Origin: an uncultured Clostridia bacterium
Lineage (GTDB): Bacteria; Bacillota; Clostridia; TANB77; CAG-508
Assembly: GCA_934167165.1 (NCBI GenBank)
Contig: CAKPKG010000001.1
Span: 29,282-93,281, forward strand
Reading direction: 5' to 3'
DNA length: 64,000 bases
Shown one piece after another: positions 32,934 through 42,328 of this stretch; position 1 is the first letter of the stretch; every line of letters starts with the position of its first letter. The position numbers and the translations under genes are program-made. Below the pieces are notes generated by a model. The model had not been told where the DNA came from, did not search any database, and saw only the letters and a list, made by a program, of their open reading frames with translations.

Positions 32934-33617
32934 TTGTTATTGAGATTAGATTTTATTAATAACATAGTTAATAATGCAAAAAACAATAAATTTTTTCTAG
33001 AGGAGTTACAAAATAGCATAACAAAAAACAAATATTTTAATAGTGAAAAGGAGGATATACCTTTGACTAATCCTACTTATAGTGGAAATAGAATAATTAC
33101 AAAATATAGAGACAAAATGCTTATTGAGAGAGCTAACATCTTAAATAATTATGCAAAACAAACATTAAATAAAGGAGAAATGTATTACATATATAGTAAA
33201 AATTCTAAAATTATAGATGACTATAACTTATGTATCTGTAGAGAAGGAATGAGTTACACTATTATAGAGATAAATAAAGCCAACCTACCAAACGAAGCTA
33301 AAATAGGAAGTGTGTTAAGAAAATTTGGTAATAGCTACATACTGGATGAAGAAGCAACCAAAGAGGTTGAAGAAAAAATATATAACATGAAAGCTGAATT
33401 ATTAAAAGAACAAACGGAATATTTAAAAAGCAAAAGAATGGAAGGGCATATTTATGAAATGTCAGAAAATAATGGAGACAGAGCATGGCTATTTGATATT
33501 ACAAGTGGCAGTAATGAAGGCGTAGAAGAAATAGATTTTGATATAGATTTGTTGAAAACTATTAAAGAAGGAGATTTATTTATATACAAAAATGGGAAAT
33601 ATCAAAAATACCAATAG
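32934..33617 (+). CDS. hypothetical protein
   Basis: 227 aa with no recognisable motif. Confidence 0.3.
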   Translation: MLLRLDFINNIVNNAKNNKFFLEELQNSITKNKYFNSEKEDIPLTNPTYSGNRIITKYRDKMLIERANILNNYAKQTLNKGEMYYIYSKNSKIIDDYNLCICREGMSYTIIEINKANLPNEAKIGSVLRKFGNSYILDEEATKEVEEKIYNMKAELLKEQTEYLKSKRMEGHIYEMSENNGDRAWLFDITSGSNEGVEEIDFDIDLLKTIKEGDLFIYKNGKYQKYQ

Positions 33618-33652
33618 GTGCCAATGCCAAAAGGGACGGGGAATTTTGGCAC
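33618..33652 (+). repeat. degenerate REP-like hairpin related to the IS200/RAYT ends
   Basis: gtgccaatgccaaaagggacggggaattttggcac shares the gggacgg core and flanking inverted arms. Confidence 0.4.
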
Positions 33653-33739
33653 AATGAAATAGCAATAAAATAAAATTCATAAACACACCTCTGTGCGAAT
33701 ACAATTAAACAAATGTATTCGTATGGAGGTTTTGCTTTT

Positions 33740-34006
33740 ATGAGAGGAGTTTCAATAGAAGAAAGAGCAGTAGCTCTAGCACAATATATAATAGATTCAA
33801 AAGATACAGTACGTGGAGCAGCTAAAAAATTTGGAATTTCAAAGTCAACAGTACACAAAGACGTAAGTGAAAGGCTAATACATATAAATCATGCATTAGC
33901 AATAGAAGTTAGAAAAGTATTAGACGAGAATAAGGCGGAAAGGCACATAAGAGGAGGAATGGCTACTAAATTAAAATATAGCCATGAAAAAGATATAGCA
34001 GGTTAA
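33740..34006 (+). CDS. spoIIID: stage III sporulation protein D (SpoIIID transcription factor)
   Basis: IEERAV.LAQYII, KSTVHKDV.ERL, RHIRGG.ATKLKY. Start at 33740 behind GGAGG, not at 33713. Confidence 0.8.
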   Translation: MRGVSIEERAVALAQYIIDSKDTVRGAAKKFGISKSTVHKDVSERLIHINHALAIEVRKVLDENKAERHIRGGMATKLKYSHEKDIAG

Positions 34007-34067
34007 TATAAAAACGTAAATTTATTTATTAAATAAAAATTCCAAGAAAGTTTCTTGGAATTTTTTT

Positions 34068-34165
34068 ATATACTATAATCGCTATTGCCTTTGAGATTTC
34101 CTCATTTCATTCAGAAACTCAAATCGGCGAGAAGAAAAGTGTGGCAAATCCACTTTTCTTGTGCT
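34068..34165 (+). promoter_or_regulatory. conserved roughly 90-nt leader element (copy 3), convergent on a small minus-strand gene
   Basis: TATAAT, then cgctattgcctttgagatttcctcatttcattcagaaactcaaatcggcgagaag, then hairpin gaaaagtgtggcaaatccacttttc. Confidence 0.5.
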
Positions 34166-34167
34166 TA

Positions 34168-34326
34168 CTAGAAATTATTTCTTCTTTGTTGTTTTCTTGC
34201 TTTTCTACATTCTGGGCATCTTACAGGATCATTTTCAAATCCTTTTTCTGCATAAAAAGCTTGTTCACCTTCTGTGAAAACAAATTCAGCACCACAATCT
34301 TTGCATGTTAATGTTTTGTCTGCCAT
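34168..34326 (-). CDS. small zinc-ribbon protein (52 aa, CxxC-x25-CxxC), missing from the ORF track
   Basis: MADKTLTCKDCGAEFVFTEGEQAFYAEKGFENDPVRCPECRKARKQQRRNNF with SD GGAGG 8 nt upstream. Confidence 0.6.
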   Translation of the reverse strand: MADKTLTCKDCGAEFVFTEGEQAFYAEKGFENDPVRCPECRKARKQQRRNNF

Positions 34327-34549
34327 TGTATAATACCTCCTTCTTAGAAATTCTAATTTAATTATTTTGACACAAATGATCCTATCTAAAAAGAAGGGTA
34401 AAAGTCTCTAATAAATTAAATCGGTTGGGCTTTACAACCATTCACAGTATAACATTAAAAAAAATAAAAAACAATAGTAAAGAAAAATAAAATAACGCAC
34501 ATTTCGCCAAAAAGCGACATAAGATATATTAGCCAAAAATTTTTTTGAG

Positions 34550-35380
34550 GTGATAAATGTGAATATAAAAAAAGGAGATATAGTAGGAAGAAAATCATAT
34601 GGAAAAGATATATATTTTATAGTAAATCAAATTTTGACTACTACTAGAAATCATAAATTTGCAATATTAAAAGGATTAAATATTAGAATTGAGGCAGACA
34701 GCCCAATTGAAGATTTAGAAATAATAGGGAAAGATGAAATAATAAACAGTATAAAAAAATATGATAGTTTTTTAGAAGAAAGAATAAAAAAAAATAGAAT
34801 CTATGAAAGCAATGAAAAAAACTTTACTAGGCAAAAAATATATTTAGGCAAAATATTGCATCTAGATGGTGACAGAAGATATAGTGATAAATCCGCAAAA
34901 TACTATAATAAAGCAGGTTTGAATGCAATAGTAAAAAATGTGCCAGAAAATAGGCAAGCAAGTATTGTAGTACCGCTTTTAAAAAAATATAATCCAGATA
35001 TATTAATAGTTACAGGGCATGATGCAATGCTAAAAAAAGGAACTAATTACAATAATATATATAATTATAGAAATTCGAGACATTTTATAAATACAGTAAA
35101 AGAAGCAAGAAGATGGGGACCTTCTTCCGATAAACTTGTAATATTTGCAGGTGCATGCCAAAGTTTTTACGAAGCAATAATAGCATCTGGAGCAGACTTT
35201 GCATCATCACCTGGAAGGATTTTAATAGATTTTGTTGATCCATTAATTGTGGCGGAAAGAATAGCTATTACAGACGAATATAGATTTGTTACAAGCAATG
35301 AAATTTCAAGAGAAATAAAAGAAGGTGTAAAAGGAGTAAGTGGCGTTGGAGCCAGGGGAAAAAAGAAAATTATAGGTTAG
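34550..35380 (+). CDS. yabG: sporulation-specific protease YabG (alternative GTG start at 34559)
   Basis: N-terminus IKKGDIVGRKSYGKDIYF..I matches YabG. Conserved neighbourhood with veg. Confidence 0.7.
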   Translation: MINVNIKKGDIVGRKSYGKDIYFIVNQILTTTRNHKFAILKGLNIRIEADSPIEDLEIIGKDEIINSIKKYDSFLEERIKKNRIYESNEKNFTRQKIYLGKILHLDGDRRYSDKSAKYYNKAGLNAIVKNVPENRQASIVVPLLKKYNPDILIVTGHDAMLKKGTNYNNIYNYRNSRHFINTVKEARRWGPSSDKLVIFAGACQSFYEAIIASGADFASSPGRILIDFVDPLIVAERIAITDEYRFVTSNEISREIKEGVKGVSGVGARGKKKIIG

Positions 35381-35550
35381 TAATAACAATGTAATAATAA
35401 TGTAACATAAATGTAATAAAGCAAAAATAAAGCACAAAAACACCTACAGTACCAATAATTACAAAAGATAAACAAACTCCATTCTTTTTTGACATTTTTC
35501 ATACCCAATGATATAATAACGCTAACTAAAATAGTGAAGGTGCGTGATTA

Positions 35551-35824
35551 TATGATCTACAAAAATGATATTTCTTCATTAAAAGAAGAAATAGGAGAAA
35601 AAATTGGACAAAAGATAATTGTTAAAGGATCACTTGGGAGAAACAAACCTTTTGAAGAGGAAGCTGTTATTAAAGAAACATACCCTAACATTTTTGTGGT
35701 AAAGTATGAAGAGCATGACACAAATGTAAGTTACAGATATACAGACATACTTACAAGAGATTTAGAGGTTTCCGTTTTTGATGGAGAAGGATATTGTCCT
35801 TTAATTCCACCAATACAAAAGTAA
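35551..35824 (+). CDS. veg: Veg-like protein (DUF1021)
   Basis: IIVKGSLGRNK..ETYPNIFVVKYE...VSYRYTDILTRDLEV matches Veg. Strong promoter TTGACA..TGATATAAT upstream. Start at 35551 (internal Met of the listed ORF). Confidence 0.65.
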
Positions 35825-35867
35825 GATAATTGGCTGTTAGCGAAATCAAAGATTTCGACAGCCGTGA

Positions 35868-35902
35868 AAAAATTCCTAATTTATTAGGAATTTTTTTTGT
35901 CC
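35868..35902 (+). terminator. rho-independent terminator
   Basis: aattcctaatttattaggaatt plus T8. Confidence 0.6.
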
Positions 35903-35948
35903 TTCTTAATATAATATATATTATTAAACTTTTAAGGAGGGATTTTAT

Positions 35949-37490
35949 ATGCCAGTAGAAACAGAAAAAGAGAATGTATGTATAAACCAAATAATTGGAC
36001 AAAAGAGAGCAGAAACATTCGTAGAGGGAGATGTTATTGTAAATGATGTTAAACCAGATGTCTTAAATATAATAAGCGCAAATGGAATAGCATGCGTATA
36101 TAAAAAAGAAGTAATGGATGGAAAGATAAGAATAGATGGTAGTGTAAATACATACATTATATACCTAGCAGACAGTGAAAACGGCAATATTAGAAGTCTA
36201 AATACAGTATTAGACTTTACTCAAATAATCGATATTGATAATTGTAGACCAGATATGATTTTAAACGAAAGTGTTTCAGTTAAAAATATTGATTGCAGAA
36301 TTATAAATGAAAGGAAAATAAGTATAAAAGCAAGTTTGGATGTAGAAGCAAAACTATACTCTAATGAGCAAACAGATATTATTACTGGCATAACAAATTT
36401 TGATGATATGCAAACATTAAGTAACAATAAATGCATTAGTTCATTGGTAGGAGAAGGAAATACAAGAGTATATGCAAAAGATACACTTTCAGTAGACAGT
36501 GTAGACGATTTAGCAGAAATAATGAATGCAAGTTTAAAAATAGTTAATAAAGAAGTAAAGTTAAGTTATAATAAAGTGTTGGCAAAGGCAGAGGCAGAAA
36601 TTTGGATAATGTATTTAACAGAGGACAATAGAATAAATAATGTTAGCACAAAAATACCTATAATGGGATTTATAGATATAGAAAATATAAATGATAATAA
36701 TATTTGTGATGTTGATTACAAATTAAAAAATTTAATAATAAAACCAAACAATGGGGAAACTCATTCAATTTATGTGGAAGCGGAAATGGAATTAAGTTGC
36801 TTTGCGTATGAAAGTAAAGAAATTAATTTAATAGAAGATATGTATAGCATATCACAGGATGTTGAATTTAATAAAAAGAATATAACAACAATAGCAGGAA
36901 AACAAAATATCAGACAAGATTGCAATATAAGAGAGCAAATTTCAATGCCAGAAGTAGGCTCAAATAAAATATATTGTGCAAATACAAAACCAATTATAAA
37001 TGATACAAAAGTAATGAATGGAAAAATACTGTATAGTGGAGAATTAAGTATAGAGTTCTTGTATGAAGTTAGCAATGGCATGGAAGCTAAAAGAATAAAC
37101 TTGCCATTTAATTTTGAAGCACAATCAGACCTTATAGAAGCAAACAACAATGTAGATACAGACTTGACAGTAGAACAAGATAACTTCGTTATTGTGTCAG
37201 ATGGAAACATAGAAGCAAATATAACAATGCAATTTAATATAGGCATTTCAAAAACAGAAAAAATAAGCATAATTGATGATTTAGAAGTTAAAGAATGTAG
37301 ACAAAACAACATTTATAGTATGATAATCTATTTTGTAAAACCAGGAGATACTTTATGGAAAATTGCTAAAAAGTTTAGAAGTACAGTCGAAGACATTGCA
37401 AGAGTAAATGAAATAGAAGACGAAAACAAGATTTATGTAGGACAGCAATTATATATACCAAAATATATAAAGAAAAGAATAGCAGTGTAA
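35949..37490 (+). CDS. sipL: SipL-like sporulation protein (DUF3794 with C-terminal LysM)
   Basis: 513 aa. C-terminal LysM (GDTLWKIAKKF...NEIEDENKIYVGQQLYIP). Domain order as in clostridial SipL. Confidence 0.6.
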   Translation: MPVETEKENVCINQIIGQKRAETFVEGDVIVNDVKPDVLNIISANGIACVYKKEVMDGKIRIDGSVNTYIIYLADSENGNIRSLNTVLDFTQIIDIDNCRPDMILNESVSVKNIDCRIINERKISIKASLDVEAKLYSNEQTDIITGITNFDDMQTLSNNKCISSLVGEGNTRVYAKDTLSVDSVDDLAEIMNASLKIVNKEVKLSYNKVLAKAEAEIWIMYLTEDNRINNVSTKIPIMGFIDIENINDNNICDVDYKLKNLIIKPNNGETHSIYVEAEMELSCFAYESKEINLIEDMYSISQDVEFNKKNITTIAGKQNIRQDCNIREQISMPEVGSNKIYCANTKPIINDTKVMNGKILYSGELSIEFLYEVSNGMEAKRINLPFNFEAQSDLIEANNNVDTDLTVEQDNFVIVSDGNIEANITMQFNIGISKTEKISIIDDLEVKECRQNNIYSMIIYFVKPGDTLWKIAKKFRSTVEDIARVNEIEDENKIYVGQQLYIPKYIKKRIAV

Positions 37491-37493
37491 AAA

Positions 37494-38204
37494 ATGGATA
37501 GTATTTATTCACGTAAAAGAATAAACATTCCTAAAATAAAAGGATTTTATACAAAAAACAATAATAAAAACAAAAAAATCTTAACAGTTTGCGTAATAGT
37601 ATGCATAAGTGTATTAACATTTTACAGTATATTAAAGTCAATTGATCCAATATTTGATGGCTTATGCATACAAAAAGCAAAAACAATTGCAACAGAAATA
37701 GTAAATGCACAAAGTAGTGTTGCATTAGACAATATAGACTATAAAGACATTGTATCAGTAGTAAAGGACGAAGCCAATAATACAAATATATTAAAAACAG
37801 ATGTGGTGGTTATAAATAAAATTGCCTCAGATGTAGCTTTAAAAATAGAAAAAGAACTCCAAAATCTAAAAAACGAAGAAATACGTATTCCAATTGGTGC
37901 ATTAACTGGTAATAAATATTTAGCTGGTATGGGCCCGGGAGTAAAGATAAAAATTATACCAACAGGAAATATAACAACAGAATTAAAAACAGAGTTTCAA
38001 GCACAAGGAATAAATCAAACAATGTATAGAATATATTTAGAGTTAAAATGTGATACAAATATTTTAACTCCATATAAAACAATACATGAAGAAATTGTAA
38101 ATCAAGTATTGTTAGTAGAAACATTAATAGTGGGAGATGTGCCACAGACTTACTATAATTTGGAAGGATTAGACAACAAGAATACAGTTGATATAATAGA
38201 ATAA
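37494..38204 (+). CDS. yunB: sporulation protein YunB
   Basis: N-terminal TM segment and the YunB family pattern (IPIGALTGNKYLAGMGPGVKIKIIPTG). Confidence 0.6.
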   Translation: MDSIYSRKRINIPKIKGFYTKNNNKNKKILTVCVIVCISVLTFYSILKSIDPIFDGLCIQKAKTIATEIVNAQSSVALDNIDYKDIVSVVKDEANNTNILKTDVVVINKIASDVALKIEKELQNLKNEEIRIPIGALTGNKYLAGMGPGVKIKIIPTGNITTELKTEFQAQGINQTMYRIYLELKCDTNILTPYKTIHEEIVNQVLLVETLIVGDVPQTYYNLEGLDNKNTVDIIE

Positions 38205-38221
38205 AAATATATGAGCACTAT

Positions 38222-38345
38222 TAGATAAATTGTAATTTTGCGAAGTGTGAAGTGTGAGGTGAGAAGTGCGAAGAATAGGGAAAGGACTACGAAGCTTTGG
38301 CCCTATAAATCACACTTCTCACCTCACATTTCACACTTCAAAATA
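38222..38345 (+). repeat. purine-rich GAAGTG-type repeat, copy R2 (inverted relative to R1)
   Basis: cgaagtgtgaagtgtgaggtgagaagtgcgaagaatag ... cacacttctcacctcacatttcacacttc. Confidence 0.6.
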
Positions 38346-38426
38346 AAATTCAAAATTTTGCTTGCTTTTAATTCTAGTATGTGATAATTTATAAATTATA
38401 AGAATAGAATTTAGGAGGAATGTAAA

Positions 38427-38966
38427 ATGGCAGATTTAAAAGGAACAAAAACAGAAAAAAATTTAATGCAAGCTTTTGCAGGAGAATCACAAGCAAGAAA
38501 TAAATATACATATTTTGCTAGCAAAGCAAAAAAAGAAGGGTATGAACAAATAGCAGCAATATTCCAAGAAACAGCAGATAATGAAAAAGAACATGCAAAA
38601 ATGTGGTTTAAATTATTAAACAATGGAATATCATCAACAGCAGAAAATTTGAAAGCTGCAGCAGAGGGGGAAAATTTTGAATGGACAGATATGTATGACA
38701 AAATGGCACAAGAAGCAAGAGAAGAAGGATTTGATCACATAGCTGATTTGTTTGAAGGTGTAGCAAAAATAGAAAAAGAACATGAAGAAAGATATAAAAA
38801 ACTACTAGAAAATCTAGAAAACGGATTAGTATTTAGCAAAGATGGAGATAAGATTTGGAAATGTAGAAATTGCGGACATATATGTGTTGGAAAAGAAGCA
38901 CCAGAGGTATGCCCAGTATGTGCACATCCAAGAGCATATTTTGAAATTAAAGCAGAAAATTATTAA
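38427..38966 (+). CDS. rbr: rubrerythrin
   Basis: Ferritin-like diiron domain (two E..H pairs) and a C-terminal rubredoxin-like CRNCGH...CPVC. Confidence 0.85.
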   Translation: MADLKGTKTEKNLMQAFAGESQARNKYTYFASKAKKEGYEQIAAIFQETADNEKEHAKMWFKLLNNGISSTAENLKAAAEGENFEWTDMYDKMAQEAREEGFDHIADLFEGVAKIEKEHEERYKKLLENLENGLVFSKDGDKIWKCRNCGHICVGKEAPEVCPVCAHPRAYFEIKAENY

Positions 38967-39011
38967 AAGCAACAAAAAGAAGTGAACTTTATATGGTTCA
39001 CTTCTTTTGTT

Positions 39012-39746
39012 TTAATATAACTTTACAATAGCATGTAATTTGCTATCTAGTTTATCTTTAATAGAAATTATATATTCATTATTACTTGTGTGAGCACAGA
39101 AAAGACTAAGAGTATCACCAAGAGTAGCTTGATGCTTATACATAATTTCTACATTTAAAAATTTGTTATTTTTAAATACTTCTAAAGGTAATGCTTCATA
39201 AGCATAATCTAAATAATATAAATTATTTACATGATGATTTGTGTCAATATCCCTTCTTTGAACAGCGTAATCCAAAACAAATTCAGAGTTTATAGGCTCT
39301 TTTATTTTTTCTTCAAATTTTTCAGGGAAAACTTCTTTATTAACTTGAATGTATTTTTCATTTACTCCATCTGTAACTCTACTAATAGATTTATTATTTA
39401 CATTAAATAAAACCCATTTAGAACTTGCAACTGCAACAAGATTATAATCGTTATCATAAACTTCAAAATCTCTATATACAAATAGAGGAGTTTTCTTTCT
39501 AGTCCAAGTTTTAATTAAAAGATTAGTATTAGTTTTTGGACGAGTAAAAACTTTAAGTTTCCAATTTAAAAGAATCCATGCAAGACCTGTTCTAGGAGTA
39601 TCATTTACACCATAACCTAAAAGCCCACAGTGAATACCTGCAACTTCTTGCAATAAACGCAATAATCCTTTATTAGTTACTTGGTTATTTTCATCAACAT
39701 CAGAATAATTAATTGTTAAATTGTGAGAGTAAATATCAAGATTCAT
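39012..39746 (-). CDS. acyl-ACP thioesterase (FatA-like)
   Basis: Acyl-ACP thioesterase family pattern. Probable start at the internal Met (MNLDIY) behind AAGAAGG. Confidence 0.55.
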   Translation of the reverse strand: MNLDIYSHNLTINYSDVDENNQVTNKGLLRLLQEVAGIHCGLLGYGVNDTPRTGLAWILLNWKLKVFTRPKTNTNLLIKTWTRKKTPLFVYRDFEVYDNDYNLVAVASSKWVLFNVNNKSISRVTDGVNEKYIQVNKEVFPEKFEEKIKEPINSEFVLDYAVQRRDIDTNHHVNNLYYLDYAYEALPLEVFKNNKFLNVEIMYKHQATLGDTLSLFCAHTSNNEYIISIKDKLDSKLHAIVKLY

Positions 39747-39896
39747 AAAAGCCCTTCTTTCTTTATATAAAAATATATCATAAATCATAATTCTTTTCAA
39801 ACAAATATAATAAAATAGAATTATTAAATTTGTGTGAACTGCAATCTAATAATTGACATTAGCTTATATAAAATATAAAATTAGTTAATAATAGAA

Positions 39897-42328
39897 ATGA
39901 ACAGGAGTAAAAAGTTGAAAGTAAAGTTTAATGTAATTGGCATGTCATGTAGTGCATGTAGTAATCATGTAGAAAAAATAGTATCAAAACAAAAAGGCGT
40001 AAATAGCGTAAATGTTAGTTTAATAAATAACAATATGATAGTAGATTTCGACAAGAAGATAATTACAGAACAAGAGATTATAAAAGCAGTGCAAAGTATA
40101 GGATATGATGCAAATACAAAAGGAGGACAAAATAAAAGCAACCTAGATAAAATGAAGCACAGAGTTATAATATCATTTGTATTTCTAATTCCACTTATGT
40201 ATGTTGCAATGGGACACATGGCAGGATTGCCACTACCACATATATTCCATAAAAACTTAGTTCTATTTAGCTTTGTACAATTAATATTAGTTGCACCAAT
40301 AGTATATGTAAATAGAAAATATTATACTTCTGGTTTTAAAGCACTAATAAAAAGAGCACCAAATATGGATTCACTAATTGCAATAGGTTCATTTGCTTCA
40401 ATTGTATATGGAATTTTTGCAATATATAAAATATGGCAGGGAGAAAGTAGCTATGCAATGAACTTGTATTTTGAATCTGCTGGAATGATATTAACATTAA
40501 TAACTTTTGGAAAATACTTAGAAACAAAAGCAAAAGATAAAACTTCAAATGCAATTAATAAATTATTAGATTTAACTCCTAAAAAAGTTACAATTTTAAA
40601 AGAGCAAAAAGAAATAGAGATTCCAATAGAAGAAGTGAAAGTTGGAGATATAATTGTTGTAAAGCCAGGGGAAACTATTGCAGTAGATGGAGTAATAATA
40701 AAAGGTCAAACATATATAGATGAGTCAACAATTACAGGAGAGCATATACCAGTAAAAAAAGAAATAGGAAGTAAAGTAATCTCTGGAAGTATTAATAAAA
40801 ATGGAGCAATAGAGTTTAAAGCAGAAAAAGTAGGAGAAGATACAACAATATCACAAATAATAAAACTAGTGGAAGAGGCAAGTGCCTCAAAAGCACCAAT
40901 TGGAAGATTAGCAGATAAAGTAAGTCGGGGTGTTTGTACCAATTGTAATTACGATTGCAGTAATTGCTACAATTATTTGGATACTATTAGGATATCCATT
41001 TGAATTTGCACTTTCTATTGGAATCTCAGTTTTAGTAATATCTTGTCCTTGTTCTTTAGGACTTGCTACACCTGTTTCTATTATGGTAGGTACAGGAAAA
41101 GCTGCTGAAAATGGAATATTAATAAAATCAGCAGAAAGCTTAGAACTTGCACATTCAATAAATGCAATAGTTTTAGATAAGACAGGAACAATAACAGTAG
41201 GAAAACCACAAGTAAATGACATATTTGTATTTAACAATATGCAAGAGGACGAACTACTAAAAATAGTAGGAGCAATAGAATCAAAATCTGAACATCCAAT
41301 AGCAAAAGCTATATTAGAAAAAACAAAAGAAGTTGAGGATTTAGAAGCACAAAATTTTGAAGCGATTGAAGGAAAAGGAATAAAAGCAAACATAAATAAC
41401 AATACCTATTTTGCTGGAAATGAAAGTTTGATGAAAGAAAACAACATTAAACTATCAGAGTCAGAAGGCATATATCAAAAATTATATGAACAAGCTAAAA
41501 CAGTAATATTTGTATCAGATGATGAAAAATTGCTAGGAATTATTGCAATATCAGATACAGTAAAACAAACAAGCATAGAAGCAATAAATGGTTTTAAAGA
41601 TATGAAAATAGAAACATATATGCTAACAGGAGATAATACAACATCAGCACAAGCAATTGGAAAAATGGTAGGAATAGATAATATTATTTCTGAGGTTTTA
41701 CCACAAGAAAAAGAAAGTAAAGTACGTAGTCTGCAAGAACAAGGTAAAATTGTTGCAATGATAGGAGACCGGAATAAACGATTCACCAGCACTTTCAAGA
41801 GCAAACGTAGGAATTGCAATTGGTGCAGGAACAGATATTGCAATAGAATCTGCAGATGTTGTTTTAATAAAAAGTAATTTGACAGATGTAGTATACTTAT
41901 TAAGGTTAAGTAAAGCAGTTATAAAAAATATAAAAATGAATTTGTTTTGGGCATTTTTCTATAACACTATTGGAATTCCACTTGCATGTGGTGTGCTATA
42001 TAAATCATTTGGAATATTGCTAAACCCAATGATAGCAGCATTAGCAATGAGCTTAAGTTCAATATGTGTTGTAACAAATGCATTAACATTAAGAAAATTT
42101 AAAATAAAAAAAGAGGTGAGAAATATGACAAAAACAATATATGTAAAAGGAATGCAATGTGAACATTGTTCAAATGCAGTAAAAAGGGAATTACTAACAT
42201 TAGAAGAAGTAAACAATGTAGATGTAGACTTAAAAACAGGAAGAGTAGATTTAGAGTTATCTAAAGATATAGATAATGAAGTATTAAAGAAAAAAATAGA
42301 AGAAGTAGGATACGAAATAAATGAGTAA
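39897..42328 (+). CDS. copA: copper-translocating P-type ATPase CopA with N-terminal and in-frame C-terminal HMA domains; two in-frame CGGR sites
   Basis: [33 protein letters not shown] (needs CGGA at 41770), plus site 40926 (CGGG). C-terminal GMQCEHC HMA in frame. Confidence 0.75.
40926..40929 (+). other. in-frame CGGG in CopA (ADKVS-G-VFVPIV)
   Basis: Joins the 39897 ORF and the 40930 ORF. Confidence 0.65.
41770..41773 (+). other. in-frame CGGA at the Cop[11 protein letters not shown] motif
   Basis: gac CGGA ata aac gat tca cca gca ctt. Confidence 0.75.
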
